Part shown: positions 30,037-40,562 of the stretch, piece by piece
Layout: each line of letters begins with the position of its first letter
Numbering within the stretch: the first letter of the stretch is position 1
DNA from: Minisyncoccota bacterium
GTDB taxonomy: Bacteria; Patescibacteriota; Minisyncoccia; Phycocordibacterales; JABAAK01
Reading direction: 5' to 3'
Length of the DNA stretch: 64,000 bases
Assembly (NCBI GenBank): GCA_958295675.1
Contig: OY282360.1
Coordinates: 466,026-530,025 of the forward strand
Program-made: the position numbers and the translations under genes
Notes under the pieces: generated by a model
Told to the model about the DNA's origin: nothing
Database searches by the model: none
What the model saw: the letters and a program-made list of their open reading frames with translations, nothing else

Positions 30037-30480
30037 CTACTTACCGCAGCACTTCGGACACTTACAACCGTAAGGTTTGATAAAATCATTGAAATATTCT
30101 TTCCCGTAATCATAAGAAAGCTCCTCACCATCTTTAATATTCCGGCGCGCATAGATATAGATTTTTCCACGCACAATATCTGTCTCACAATTCGGACGGC
30201 AGGAATGATTAATGTATCGCGCCATATTGTACCGCGGTGTGCCGTCCACTACCTTCCTGCTATTCACTTCAAAAAGATACTTTCCTTTCTTTGTATCCGC
30301 TTCTTCCGGCGTGAGTATCGGTCCGTAATACTCAATAACAAAATCACCTCGTTTAATATTTTCACCGGCAAAAAGACCGAATCCGGCGGATGACTTTCCG
30401 ACTGTATATGTATATTTACCGACACGCGGGCGATGTATAGCAACATGCGACTTCCCGCCTTTTTTCAGTGTTCTCTGCAT
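30037..30480 (-). CDS. SET-domain protein-lysine methyltransferase
   Basis: GFGLFA, VIEYYG, ARYINHSCRPNC, EELSYDYG and post-SET CKCPKC. Confidence 0.95.
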   Translation of the reverse strand: MQRTLKKGGKSHVAIHRPRVGKYTYTVGKSSAGFGLFAGENIKRGDFVIEYYGPILTPEEADTKKGKYLFEVNSRKVVDGTPRYNMARYINHSCRPNCETDIVRGKIYIYARRNIKDGEELSYDYGKEYFNDFIKPYGCKCPKCCGK

Positions 30481-30572
30481 ATACCCTGCAGTATGACAGC
30501 AGTATGCTAAACCGCCCGCGCATCGGTGGAATACTTAACGACATACTTGCTTGCTTTTGGTATGCCGAACAT

Positions 30573-31148
30573 CTACGGCAGTGCAATACCCTCCTGACGG
30601 GCAATGGTGGCAAGCGCGTGAAATATACGAAGATGCAGTTCGGCATCATAGAGTGCCGAATGTCGTTTATCTTCCTCATTTTCAATACCGAGCGTCTCAA
30701 GCATAGTGGTCATACCGGCAGTGCCGAGCACCATAAGCGAAAGTGATGAGATGTCCATCGTTCGCCGTGAAAGCGGCAATTTAGAATCAGTCCGGTAAGT
30801 GTCCCAAAGCGCATCCAACATTAAATAATCAAAATATGCATTCGCGGCAATGATATGCAAATCGGTATCCGCATCAATGCCATACCGCTTCACTATCTCC
30901 TGCTCAAACTCTCTGAGAAACTGTTCCGCATCAATGCCGTGTGTCTGCGCCGCTTCTCTGCCGATACCATGTACTTCTTCAGCTTCTGTATCCCAGGAAA
31001 ATGTGTCAGGCACATAATTAATATTCCATTCCTTTTTCCCTTTCGGCTGCAGATGTTCATCCAAATATATGACACCACATTGAATAACCTGTGATGAACA
31101 AAAATCAACGCCGGTAGTTTCAGTGTCTAAAGCGATAAATCTATGCAT
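30573..31148 (-). CDS. DEDDh 3'-5' exonuclease (DnaQ-like)
   Basis: IALDTETTG, VHGI, ANAYFD, HSALYDA. Confidence 0.9.
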   Translation of the reverse strand: MHRFIALDTETTGVDFCSSQVIQCGVIYLDEHLQPKGKKEWNINYVPDTFSWDTEAEEVHGIGREAAQTHGIDAEQFLREFEQEIVKRYGIDADTDLHIIAANAYFDYLMLDALWDTYRTDSKLPLSRRTMDISSLSLMVLGTAGMTTMLETLGIENEEDKRHSALYDAELHLRIFHALATIARQEGIALP

Positions 31149-32430
31149 ACGCCTGTTGTATAGGAGAAAAACCAACCTCTTTCATAGCAGATAGGATACC
31201 ATCGGGAGTCGTATCAAGCAGACGCTCACCGCCATTCACCTTGTCGGTGAACTCAACCTTCTTTTGTGCATGCGTCTTATCAGAGACAACCAACCGAACC
31301 GGAATACCGATAAGATCACAATCAGCGAATTTTTCTCCCGCGGATACATCCCGATCATCAAAAAGAACATCAAGACCGTGCTCCTGCAGCATGCGGTACA
31401 ACATATCGGCAGCAGTAAATGTTTCTTTTGAATCACCCAGCGCGATGAGATGCGCGCTGAACGGTGCCACAGACATAGGAAGCGACATACCGCTATCCTC
31501 GCCGTACTTCTCAACAATCACACCGAGCAAACGGGCAGGTCCGATACCATAGGAACCCATAAAAACAGGTTGCGGCTTGCCGTGCGCATCGGTATAGGTA
31601 AGATCAAGCGGTTCGGAATATTTTGTACCGAGTGTGAAAATATTACCGACTTCGGAAGCAGCAACCCGTTCCAAATCATTCTTCTGCAATCCAATCTTCT
31701 CAAGTGTTTCATCAGTGCACACTTCCTCGTTTACAGCAATCTTCTTTTTCGGATCTAGGTAAATAGTATCCTCGCCGGCGGGTATTACGGTTTGAAATTC
31801 ATCGCTGAAATCAGAAAAAGCGCCGCCGCTCGCGAATGTACGGTAAGTGTCATCACCTAAACCGACTCGCGTAAACACACGCATATATGCCTCGGCGCAT
31901 TGCTCGTAAAACACAGCATGCTGCTCCTCATCAGCGCAAAAAGAGTACAAATCTTTCATCATAAATTCACGAGTACGCATGATACCGCTCTTCGCGCGCT
32001 TTTCATTCCGAAATTTGGTCTGAAACTGATACACATACAGAGGCACATCACGGTATGAATGAATATGATTTCGCATCATCTCGGTTACCGGCTCCTCGTG
32101 TGTCCAACCGAAACCGACATCACCGCCGGCACTGAGGTGTGAACGAAACCATATTTCATCGGCATCATCACCCCATCGTCCGGATTTCTCCCACACATCA
32201 GGACTCTGCAGACCGCTCATGCTCAGTTCCTGACCGCCGATTGATATCATCTCTTCGCGGATAATGCGTATAATCTTTTCCAAAGAACGAAGCCCGAGTG
32301 GAAGAAAACTGTAGACACCGGCCATAGTTTTATGAATATACCCGGCACGGATAAGAAGCTTAGCATTGCGCGCGACCTCATCAACCGGCACCTCCTTGCG
32401 TGTTTTCGTCACTAACACTGACTGTTTCAT
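31141..32430 (-). CDS. proS: Proline--tRNA ligase (short form without INS editing domain)
   Basis: LLIRAGYI, WTHEE, QTKFRNEKRAKSGIMRTREFMMKDLYSF, EVGNIFTLGTKYS, MGSYGIG. Confidence 0.97.
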   Translation of the reverse strand: MKQSVLVTKTRKEVPVDEVARNAKLLIRAGYIHKTMAGVYSFLPLGLRSLEKIIRIIREEMISIGGQELSMSGLQSPDVWEKSGRWGDDADEIWFRSHLSAGGDVGFGWTHEEPVTEMMRNHIHSYRDVPLYVYQFQTKFRNEKRAKSGIMRTREFMMKDLYSFCADEEQHAVFYEQCAEAYMRVFTRVGLGDDTYRTFASGGAFSDFSDEFQTVIPAGEDTIYLDPKKKIAVNEEVCTDETLEKIGLQKNDLERVAASEVGNIFTLGTKYSEPLDLTYTDAHGKPQPVFMGSYGIGPARLLGVIVEKYGEDSGMSLPMSVAPFSAHLIALGDSKETFTAADMLYRMLQEHGLDVLFDDRDVSAGEKFADCDLIGIPVRLVVSDKTHAQKKVEFTDKVNGGERLLDTTPDGILSAMKEVGFSPIQQAYA

Positions 32431-32495
32431 GCATTACAGTGTACCATACTCAACCATAATTACATAAGAAAAAATGATAGTACACTATTTTTAGT

Positions 32496-33419
32496 ATGGC
32501 AGATATATGCACAGAACTGCGGAAACAACTGCATGAGTTAGATGTTCTGCGGAAATCGTGTGGCTCTGTGCTTCTCAGAGAAGGAATGGAATCTGATGCG
32601 GCAAAGAAAACGATTGGAAAGTTTGATACGCTGGCGGAAGAATTGCGTGATGTGGTGGTACTGTACAAACAGCCGTTTGATGAGCGTTTGGACAACATAG
32701 AACGGAAGATGGAGGACAAGAAGAATCTGACAAAATGGGAATGTTGGGTGCTGTATGGTATAGATAAGTATCTGAAAGATAACAATATTTTTGAAAGAGA
32801 AAGACGAAAAAATATAGTGAAAAGATGGAGAAGCGATGAAGAGAAGAAACAGGATCTCGCATATGCGCTTGACATCATTCCCGATCATATTTCCGTGATT
32901 AAAGAAGAAGCACTTCTCGGTACTATACGGTATCATTATGATGATCTGAATCTTGGCAAACTCACATCCATAAATACTAAGTTCACCATGCCGGAGGTAG
33001 TTGGTGGTGATCTAAATCTTGGCGATCTCACATCCATAGATACTGATCTCACCATGCCGGAGGTGGTTGGTCGTAATCTAAATCTTGGCGGTCTCACATC
33101 CATAAAGACTAATCTCACTATGCCGAAGGAGGTTGGTGGTCATCTGAATCTTGGCGGTCTCACATCCATAGACACTGAACTTACCATGCCGAAGAAGATT
33201 GGTGGTTATCTGAAGCTTCTCAGTCTCACATCCATAGATACTGAGCTCACTCTGCCGGAGGAGGTTGGTGGTCTGGATCTCGGTAATCTCACCACTACTC
33301 ATGGTATTATCAACTGGCCTATAAAAATTAGAAACCTTATATTTGCAAACCCAGCATTGCCAGACAACGAAAGAGAAGAACTGGAGAAATGGTATCCGGG
33401 TAAGGTTCGATACGAGTGA
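32496..33419 (+). CDS. LRR-like repeat protein, paralogue 8
   Basis: Same MADICTELRKQL N-terminus and 22-aa repeats as the 21996-29327 array. Confidence 0.9.
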   Translation: MADICTELRKQLHELDVLRKSCGSVLLREGMESDAAKKTIGKFDTLAEELRDVVVLYKQPFDERLDNIERKMEDKKNLTKWECWVLYGIDKYLKDNNIFERERRKNIVKRWRSDEEKKQDLAYALDIIPDHISVIKEEALLGTIRYHYDDLNLGKLTSINTKFTMPEVVGGDLNLGDLTSIDTDLTMPEVVGRNLNLGGLTSIKTNLTMPKEVGGHLNLGGLTSIDTELTMPKKIGGYLKLLSLTSIDTELTLPEEVGGLDLGNLTTTHGIINWPIKIRNLIFANPALPDNEREELEKWYPGKVRYE

Positions 33420-33441
33420 ACCATGCTACCTTACTTTTGGT

Positions 33442-35094
33442 ATGGCAGATATATGCAAAGAACTGCGGAAACACTTGAAAGTATTGGACGGATTGCGGGA
33501 ATCGTGTCTCTCTCTGCTTGTCAGAGAAGGAATAGAATCTGATGCGGCAAAGAAAACGATTGGAAAGTTTGATACGCTGGCGGAAGAATTGCGTGCTGCT
33601 GCGGTATTCTATAGAAAGCCACTTAGTGAACATTTAGATAACATAGAACGGAAGATATCACAAGGTGTAACTTGCACGAAACAGGAATACCGTCTGCTGT
33701 ACAACATAGATCAATATCCGGGAGATGTTAGATATGGGAAATATAAAAGACGAGAAGAAGAAATAGAAAAAGGAAGAAGTGACAAAGAGAAGAAACAGGA
33801 TCTCGCGCTTGCGCTTGATACCACTCCTGATCGTATTTCTTTGAGTTCAGTAAGCGTGCTATTGCGTGGCAAACAGTATCATTATCATTACGGTAATTTA
33901 AATTTCAATGTGATTCCCCGTCGTTTCATCTCCGCCGGAATCACCCTGCCGAAAGAAGTCTGGGGCAATCTAACTCTTGATGAATCCATCTTCATCAATG
34001 CCACCTCCTCCGTCGTCAGGGGAGTTACCCTGCCACAGAAGATTAATGGTGATCTGTGGCTCAAAAATCTTACCTCCGCAGAAGGGCTCACGCTACCGGA
34101 GAAAATTAGTGGCGATCTACTGCTTGATAAACTCACCTCTGCGGAAGGACTCGAATTGCCGGAGAATATTGGTGGTAATCTGGATCTTCGCGGGCTCACC
34201 TCTGCGGAAAATCTTGAATTACCGAAAGAGACTAGCGGCGAGTTGGATCTTAGCGGGCTCACCTCCGCGAAAGGGCTTGAGTTGCCGGAGAAGATTTGTG
34301 GTAATCTGGATCTTCGCGGGCTCACCTCTGCGGAAGGGCTTATACTGCCGGAGAAGATTGGTGGTAATCTGGATCTTCGCGGGCTCACCTCTGCGGAAGG
34401 GCTTATACTGCCGGAGAATATTGGTGGTAATCTGAATCTTCGCGGGCTCACCTCTGCGGAAAATCTTGAATTACCGAAAGAGACTAGCGGCGAGTTGGAT
34501 CTTAGCGGGCTCACCTCCGCGAAAGGGCTTGAGTTGCCGGAGAAGATTTATGGTCTGTCTCTCAACGGCCTCACCTCCGCAGAAGGGCTTGAGTTGCCGA
34601 AGGAGATTAGAATAAGTTTGGATCTCAACGGGCTCACCTCCGCGGAGGGACTCATCTTGCCGGACAAAATTAACGTTGCTCTGTCTCTCAACGGCCTCAC
34701 CTCTGCGAAAGGGCTTGAGTTGCCGGAGAAGGTTAACACACTGGAACTCAACGGTCTCACCTCCGCGGAAGGGCTTGAGTTGCCGAAGGAGATTAGAGTA
34801 AGTTTGGATCTCAGAGGTCTCATTTCCGATGAGGGACTGACCCTGCCGGAAGAGATTGGTGGTAATCTGGATCTTCGCGGGCTCACCTCTGCGGAAGGGC
34901 TTATACTGCCGGAAGAAATCGGTGGCAGTCTGTGGCTCAACAAGCTCACCACTATCCAGGGTTTCGTCAAATGGCCGTCAAGTGTGAGTTATGATATATA
35001 TTTAAACAGAAGACTACCAGCGGAAGAAATAGAAAATTTGTATAAACTACATCCGCCGTATAAAATTAATTTTAGTCGTTCTATTGCAGTTTAA
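33442..35094 (+). CDS. LRR-like repeat protein, paralogue 9
   Basis: Start moved to MADICKELRKHL; about 16 repeats of type IGGNLDLRGLTSAEGLxLPEx. Confidence 0.9.
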   Translation: MADICKELRKHLKVLDGLRESCLSLLVREGIESDAAKKTIGKFDTLAEELRAAAVFYRKPLSEHLDNIERKISQGVTCTKQEYRLLYNIDQYPGDVRYGKYKRREEEIEKGRSDKEKKQDLALALDTTPDRISLSSVSVLLRGKQYHYHYGNLNFNVIPRRFISAGITLPKEVWGNLTLDESIFINATSSVVRGVTLPQKINGDLWLKNLTSAEGLTLPEKISGDLLLDKLTSAEGLELPENIGGNLDLRGLTSAENLELPKETSGELDLSGLTSAKGLELPEKICGNLDLRGLTSAEGLILPEKIGGNLDLRGLTSAEGLILPENIGGNLNLRGLTSAENLELPKETSGELDLSGLTSAKGLELPEKIYGLSLNGLTSAEGLELPKEIRISLDLNGLTSAEGLILPDKINVALSLNGLTSAKGLELPEKVNTLELNGLTSAEGLELPKEIRVSLDLRGLISDEGLTLPEEIGGNLDLRGLTSAEGLILPEEIGGSLWLNKLTTIQGFVKWPSSVSYDIYLNRRLPAEEIENLYKLHPPYKINFSRSIAV

Positions 35095-36274
35095 AAATTA
35101 ATCTGCCGACACGCAAAATATGTTCATTACCTTTTTTAAGGGCATACTGTACATCTGTTATTTTTTCACCATCAAGCGAAACTGCTCCTTGCGCAAATTT
35201 TCGTTTTGCATCAGCATTTGATGAGGCAGCATATTTGACGACGATATCAAGCAATGATGCGTTATCCGAAAAAGTAATACTCACCGCATTATCCGGAACT
35301 GCTTTTTCACTGAACTGCCGCACATATGAGTTCTTTGCCTCTTGTGCGTGTCGTGTTCCCCAAAACAGCGTTATAATCTCCGAAGCGAGACGCAGTTTCG
35401 CGTCGCGCGTCGCCGTACCGCCCGACACATGCATTGCGCGTACCTCATCCATCGGCACACGGGTGCATCCCCGGAATAGAGGGAGGATAAAACTATCGGG
35501 AAGTGCCATAATGCTGCCGAACATTTTGTGGTTGCCGCCCTCCTCCATATCAACAAACACACCGGTGCCGGTACTTTTTGACATCATCACCCCATCCGCT
35601 TGAATCAGTTCCATAGCAATAACAAATTTTTCTTTTTTTAGGTATCGCCGTACCATCGTCCGCCCGACCAGCGCATTGAAAGTTTGATCGGTACCGCATA
35701 ATTCAGCATCAACCCGCATGGCAACGGAATCATACCCTTGCAGAATCGGATATATCATCTCGTGTGTATAGAGAGGTTTCCCATCCTCCATTCGTTTCCG
35801 GAACATGTCCCGCTCCAACAGTTGCTGAACGGTGGTGCTCTGCATAAGAGTAAGAAAGTCAGACATGGAGAACATATCAAACCACCTGTTGTTATAACCA
35901 ATCTTCGCTCCGCCAAACCGTGAAAGATGTAAAATCGGCGCAATCTGTCTGCGCCACAGACGCACATTCTTGCGCACCTGTGCCGGAGTGAGGTGCGGAC
36001 GGAGAGATTCCCTGCCACTCGGATCACCGACTAAACCGGTGAACAAGCCGAATAAAAGCGTTACTTTCGCGCCGAGACGGCGCATGTCTTCCAAAAAAAG
36101 GATATTCTGCACATGTCCTAAATGTATCCGTTCGGCGGTCGGGTCAATCCCGAAATATATATGAAACGGCTTATCGGCAAGCACATGTTCTGTAAATACT
36201 TCCTTGGACGGAATAATATCGGCAACAATCTCCCGTTCAAACAATGTGTCAATCTGTTCACGAGTTACCTTCAT
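35081..36274 (-). CDS. tyrS: Tyrosine--tRNA ligase
   Basis: YFGIDPT..IHLGH, GDPSGR, YPILQGYDS, GTDQTFN, MMSKS and a C-terminal S4-like domain. Confidence 0.97.
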   Translation of the reverse strand: MKVTREQIDTLFEREIVADIIPSKEVFTEHVLADKPFHIYFGIDPTAERIHLGHVQNILFLEDMRRLGAKVTLLFGLFTGLVGDPSGRESLRPHLTPAQVRKNVRLWRRQIAPILHLSRFGGAKIGYNNRWFDMFSMSDFLTLMQSTTVQQLLERDMFRKRMEDGKPLYTHEMIYPILQGYDSVAMRVDAELCGTDQTFNALVGRTMVRRYLKKEKFVIAMELIQADGVMMSKSTGTGVFVDMEEGGNHKMFGSIMALPDSFILPLFRGCTRVPMDEVRAMHVSGGTATRDAKLRLASEIITLFWGTRHAQEAKNSYVRQFSEKAVPDNAVSITFSDNASLLDIVVKYAASSNADAKRKFAQGAVSLDGEKITDVQYALKKGNEHILRVGRLIFKLQ

Positions 36275-36292
36275 ACAGACGGCAGTATACCA

Positions 36293-36472
36293 CTACTGTG
36301 AAGTAATCTGCCGGACAATATCTTGAGTGCGATTATCCACCATCCGCCGCATATGTATCATCGCGCTCCGGCGCGCGCTGTCGCTTGCCGCTGTTCTGCC
36401 CTTCCCGACTAATCGCGCCAAACAATACACAATTTTACACTTGATGGTGTGTGAATACATGCTGTGCTGCAT
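36293..36472 (-). CDS. Small 59-aa hypothetical protein (below the ORF-track cut-off)
   Basis: MQHSMYSHTIKCKIVYCLARLVGKGRTAASDSARRSAMIHMRRMVDNRTQDIVRQITSQ*; fills the gap between the flanking genes and is preceded by TGcTATAGT-7 nt-ATG, like the core genes. Confidence 0.5.
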   Translation of the reverse strand: MQHSMYSHTIKCKIVYCLARLVGKGRTAASDSARRSAMIHMRRMVDNRTQDIVRQITSQ

Positions 36473-36499
36473 TACATATACTATAGCACGGTCAATATA

Positions 36500-37402
36500 T
36501 CAGAAAAATGTCTGTTGATCTGTTTCTACAAAGCGCCTTCTGTGCAAAACAGCAATAAGGACAAGGAGTTCCGCGGCAATAACGGTCAATGCTATCGCTA
36601 TCCACATCAGCATCTGATTGCTGTAATCAGGAATATTAACGATTGTAGTCGGCGCAGAATGTGCATCAGATGAGGATGTCCGCTGTATAGATGCGGAATC
36701 CAGATCGGCAGATGCACTCTGTGATTTAAATGTCGGTTTCACCGCCACGGAAACCGGAGATTCCTGCTGCAGCTCTTTCAGAACTTCCTGTTCAATTTCC
36801 TCTACCACTTCTTCTTCAACCGCAACTTCCTCCTGACCGGGTTCGGTATTCATAACGGTTATCGGATTAACCGCAATCGCGCCGGGAGTTGCCGGACCGG
36901 CAATCTGTTGCCCATTAACAACATGCAGTGATGCGCCGGTACCGGACGCCCGAGGATCCGGCGTGTAGAAGAATGAGAACACTGTCTCTTTGGTCTGCAT
37001 ATTGTAAATATCCAGACCTTCACCGATACCGCCCTGCTGCCGCAAACTGAATTTTGAAAGAAACAGAGGCGAGGAATATGCCGGATATTCATTCATAAAA
37101 ACATCTTCATCCTGCACTATAACACCGACCTCACCCGGCGACAAATCTTTGATACCATCACCTGACTCCCTGATGTAGTGACGGGTATTCCCTTCCACGA
37201 AACGAAACGCGGTCACATCAAGGGTCTGCTGACTGTCATTTATAATCTCAAGCCATTCATAACCGCTATCTTTCTTTTGAGGGGGATCATACATCACTTC
37301 CGTAATAGCAATCTGCGCGGAAGCGAGGATGATCAGACCGTGAACAGCACAAATCGCGCTTATTCCGAAGATGCAGAATTGAGATGCAAATCCGCGTACC
37401 AT
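36500..37402 (-). CDS. Lamin-tail-domain (LTD) surface protein with C-terminal membrane anchor
   Basis: Hydrophobic N-terminus, ITEVMYDP...EWLEIIN...ATPG, acidic linker, C-terminal transmembrane segment plus HRRR. Confidence 0.8.
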   Translation of the reverse strand: MVRGFASQFCIFGISAICAVHGLIILASAQIAITEVMYDPPQKKDSGYEWLEIINDSQQTLDVTAFRFVEGNTRHYIRESGDGIKDLSPGEVGVIVQDEDVFMNEYPAYSSPLFLSKFSLRQQGGIGEGLDIYNMQTKETVFSFFYTPDPRASGTGASLHVVNGQQIAGPATPGAIAVNPITVMNTEPGQEEVAVEEEVVEEIEQEVLKELQQESPVSVAVKPTFKSQSASADLDSASIQRTSSSDAHSAPTTIVNIPDYSNQMLMWIAIALTVIAAELLVLIAVLHRRRFVETDQQTFF

Positions 37403-37434
37403 ACCCGACTACAGGAGTATGTTCATCACATGTC

Positions 37435-39849
37435 TTACCCGCCAACAATAACAGTCGGGAGCGTGAGAGCGGAACTGGCGTTGCCGGCAGTGTCCGTCAC
37501 GGTAATTGTGCAGCTCTCATATCTCCCCGTATCCAGCTCATAGGGTACTCCATAACCGCCGTTGCGAACCATAAACTTAAGAAGTCCATCCCCGCATACA
37601 TTGTTATAACCCACACTCAGCCAATCACCCGGCTGTATACCGGAAACGGTGGTGGGAACAACAACATTGTCTGAATCAGCACCCGCAAAACCGAGTACAG
37701 AAGCCGAAGTACCGCTTATCAGTGTCGGAGAAGAGGTGTTGCGCACGAAAACAAGAACATTTCTCTTGCTGCTCATCGTGTCATCGTCATCAGTCACCGC
37801 AAAACTAAGTTTCACGCGGTTGTCCTTGGCGACACCGCTCGCAGGTGAAAAATGAACAGTGTAGACAATGTACACATTGCCGCTGCCATAGGTAACTTTT
37901 CCTTTCTCATACCTCGCCGCACTGGCATCAGTCGCGGTCATAGTCACCGAAACACGGTCAGAAACATTTGAACTGGAATACCGGGTATCATTATCGGCAA
38001 TCTTAACTTTCACAGTAACGCTGTCCTTGGTGGTGAAGAAAATATTCTGTCCGGCGGTAACGGATGATTTGCCGTCAAACTCTCGAACATCAACAACCGG
38101 CCTATCCACATCCACCTGCACTGCTGCTTCAACAACAAGTTCTTCTTCAGGGGGTTCAACGCGCTCACCGGCAACAGCGGCGATACCCGGCGTGGGCGCG
38201 CCTTCAACTATCTCACCGGTTGAAAGGATGTGCAGCGTCTTACCATTTTTATACGCACCGTTGCTCCGCTTATAAGTTACGCTGTCAATAACAGTTGATC
38301 CGGAACGAAGTCCGATGGTCTCACCGCTGTCCGTGAGAGAGATTGATGCGGTAAACAGCGGTCCGCTGTGTGACGGATACTCACTCCGAAAAGTGTTGAG
38401 ATCACCATTTTTCACAATAACAGCAACATCACCATTGGCAATTGTTGTTCCGCCGGAGCGATGTGTGATGCTTTTCGGACTGCCTCCGTCAACAATAGCG
38501 AGATCATCAACAACAGTTATAGTTGAAGAGCCGCTGTTGACAATTTCAATCCATTCCCCGCCCTCGGTACTGACATAACTCATTTCGCTTATCTCAACAG
38601 TAAGCGCAGTAATGCCGGTAATTTCGTCCGAAGAGGAGTACGCGGTATGATTCGCGAGATCAGTCACTTTCATACATACATACTTATTATTGTTATCAGA
38701 ACCGAACAGGTTAATAGTTGCTGTGTGCGTTTTCACGCCTTCGTCATCAGTTTCCGTTACAACCGGCACCGTCTTTGCTTCCGTTGCAACCCCGTCATAT
38801 GCCGCCTTATCAGCACAGGCGGAAGTATGCATTTTGTAACTCACTTCAGTCGGCGGCGAAGTGTCGGTAATAGTCGCGGTGATCTTTTTGCGCGAAGTAT
38901 TTCCTGTCGGTGCTGTCATTGAGAAAGCGACCGAAGGGGTATCAGTGTCTATAACCGCCGGATTGCCGTCATGGGTAACGGCACCCGTTCTGAGCGTGTC
39001 GCTTCCCTTTTTAATCGTGTAAGTAATCCGTCCGGAAGGATCATCCGCGGCAACAGTGTAGGTAAACTCTTTGTTGATAGCAGTGGCACCGGAGGATGCG
39101 GTCATGGTCCGCTCGACAGCACCTATGCTTATTTTCGCCGTTACACCGCTCGGTAACGCACTGGCATGAAAGACACGCAAAGTAATCACATCACCTGTAT
39201 CCAAAAGAGTAAGATCACCGGCAGCAGTGCCGTTCGCGATAGAAGACGATACTGACACGCCGGCGGTAATCGGCGTGAATGATTCTATCGGGTTCACCGC
39301 TATCTCACCGGGTGTCGGCGGTGCGGCGACAAGCCGCGCGTTCAGACCGACATGCAGTGAAATACCTGTCCCGTTTGCCCGCGCATCGGTGTTGTAGGTG
39401 ACAGCATGCACTTTTGTCGCGCCGTTTGAAGCATACAGCGCGACTCCTGTGCCGTTGGTGTCCGGAAGCGTGAATGAACTGCTGTACAACGGTCCGCTAT
39501 AACCGCTGTATGCCGTTGAAAAATCAGATGCGCTCGCCGCAATAACCGCGACTGCTCCGGCAGCAAGAGACGCTGTGGTAGTGCCGTGTGTTGAAATACT
39601 CCGCTTGGTGCCGTCATTGACACCGACCTTCAGTGTTGAAAGATCCACCGCGGCACTGCTTGTGTTAATAATCTCAATCCATTCCCCGCCCTTGTGCGGA
39701 CTATACATCACTTCCGTTATCTCAACATCATTCGCGCTCTGCGCGCTCACAGTAAAAAGAAAAGAGAATGCAAATAATACAAGAAAGACAACCGATGAAA
39801 TAAAAAACCAACTATACCGAATATTTATATGATTTGTATGTGTATTCAT
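37435..39849 (-). CDS. Exported protein with two lamin-tail domains and Ig-like segments
   Basis: Signal or transmembrane segment; EITEVMYSP..GGEWIEIIN...PTPG and EISEMSY..GGEWIEIVN...PTPG; TVTDTAGN Ig-like end. Start codon uncertain. Confidence 0.8.
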   Translation of the reverse strand: MNTHTNHINIRYSWFFISSVVFLVLFAFSFLFTVSAQSANDVEITEVMYSPHKGGEWIEIINTSSAAVDLSTLKVGVNDGTKRSISTHGTTTASLAAGAVAVIAASASDFSTAYSGYSGPLYSSSFTLPDTNGTGVALYASNGATKVHAVTYNTDARANGTGISLHVGLNARLVAAPPTPGEIAVNPIESFTPITAGVSVSSSIANGTAAGDLTLLDTGDVITLRVFHASALPSGVTAKISIGAVERTMTASSGATAINKEFTYTVAADDPSGRITYTIKKGSDTLRTGAVTHDGNPAVIDTDTPSVAFSMTAPTGNTSRKKITATITDTSPPTEVSYKMHTSACADKAAYDGVATEAKTVPVVTETDDEGVKTHTATINLFGSDNNNKYVCMKVTDLANHTAYSSSDEITGITALTVEISEMSYVSTEGGEWIEIVNSGSSTITVVDDLAIVDGGSPKSITHRSGGTTIANGDVAVIVKNGDLNTFRSEYPSHSGPLFTASISLTDSGETIGLRSGSTVIDSVTYKRSNGAYKNGKTLHILSTGEIVEGAPTPGIAAVAGERVEPPEEELVVEAAVQVDVDRPVVDVREFDGKSSVTAGQNIFFTTKDSVTVKVKIADNDTRYSSSNVSDRVSVTMTATDASAARYEKGKVTYGSGNVYIVYTVHFSPASGVAKDNRVKLSFAVTDDDDTMSSKRNVLVFVRNTSSPTLISGTSASVLGFAGADSDNVVVPTTVSGIQPGDWLSVGYNNVCGDGLLKFMVRNGGYGVPYELDTGRYESCTITVTDTAGNASSALTLPTVIVGG

Positions 39850-40004
39850 ATACCTTATAAAGAACATTAATAAACAGTCCGTGCCGCCCGCACTATCGTG
39901 TTAACCATAAAAAAATAGTACATCAAAAAATATAGCGCGAATTATTTTTTACACATAGCAAACGACATATATAAATATCGGAAACAATCTATATTGGAAA
40001 CAAT

Positions 40005-40562
40005 CTAAAAGTGCATGATGATGTATGCCATTACTGTAAAACTAATAGTATAGTATCCGGCATGAATCGCCCATAATTTCATTGCGCGACAATTATCGGT
40101 CCCGGCAAACATCTCGCCCGCAAGCACACTGGCAACAAACGCCATTGAGAAAACAGCAAGTAATAAAACGGGAGTAGCAGAAAACAAAGAAATCAATCCG
40201 ACAAAACAGGAAAAAATAATAAGGGCGGCAAATTGAACAATCAAGGCGGATATATTTGTCTTTTCATCCGCCGGCTTGCCTGCGAGGCGCATCCAATGCT
40301 TTCTGAATAAAAAACCATACCACACCATACCGATAACAAATGCCGTGACTGCAGCCACAATTACCGGCATCCACGGGAGTGTGGCAAGCGCATCAGATAC
40401 AGCGGAAAATACAATCGGTTCGCCGGCGACAGACGGTATCAATTCCACAACCTGTGTTTCCACCACATACGACGGCTCACTAAAATACTCCGCATCCGCA
40501 TGCACAACAGTAAGACCGATATCAGGTAATGAAAATCTGTCAATTACATCTGAAATTGCCAT
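40005..40562 (-). CDS. DUF1761-like membrane protein
   Basis: AAVTAFVIGMVWYG.LF.K.WM and LWAIHAGY motifs; about 4 transmembrane segments. Confidence 0.75.
   Translation of the reverse strand: MAISDVIDRFSLPDIGLTVVHADAEYFSEPSYVVETQVVELIPSVAGEPIVFSAVSDALATLPWMPVIVAAVTAFVIGMVWYGFLFRKHWMRLAGKPADEKTNISALIVQFAALIIFSCFVGLISLFSATPVLLLAVFSMAFVASVLAGEMFAGTDNCRAMKLWAIHAGYYTISFTVMAYIIMHF

Noticed and set aside
21996-35094. CRISPR array or diversity-generating retroelement explanation for the LRR repeats
   Set aside because: The repeats are in-frame 66-nt coding units with no spacer structure. Variation is not adenine-restricted, and no cas or RT gene is present in the window.
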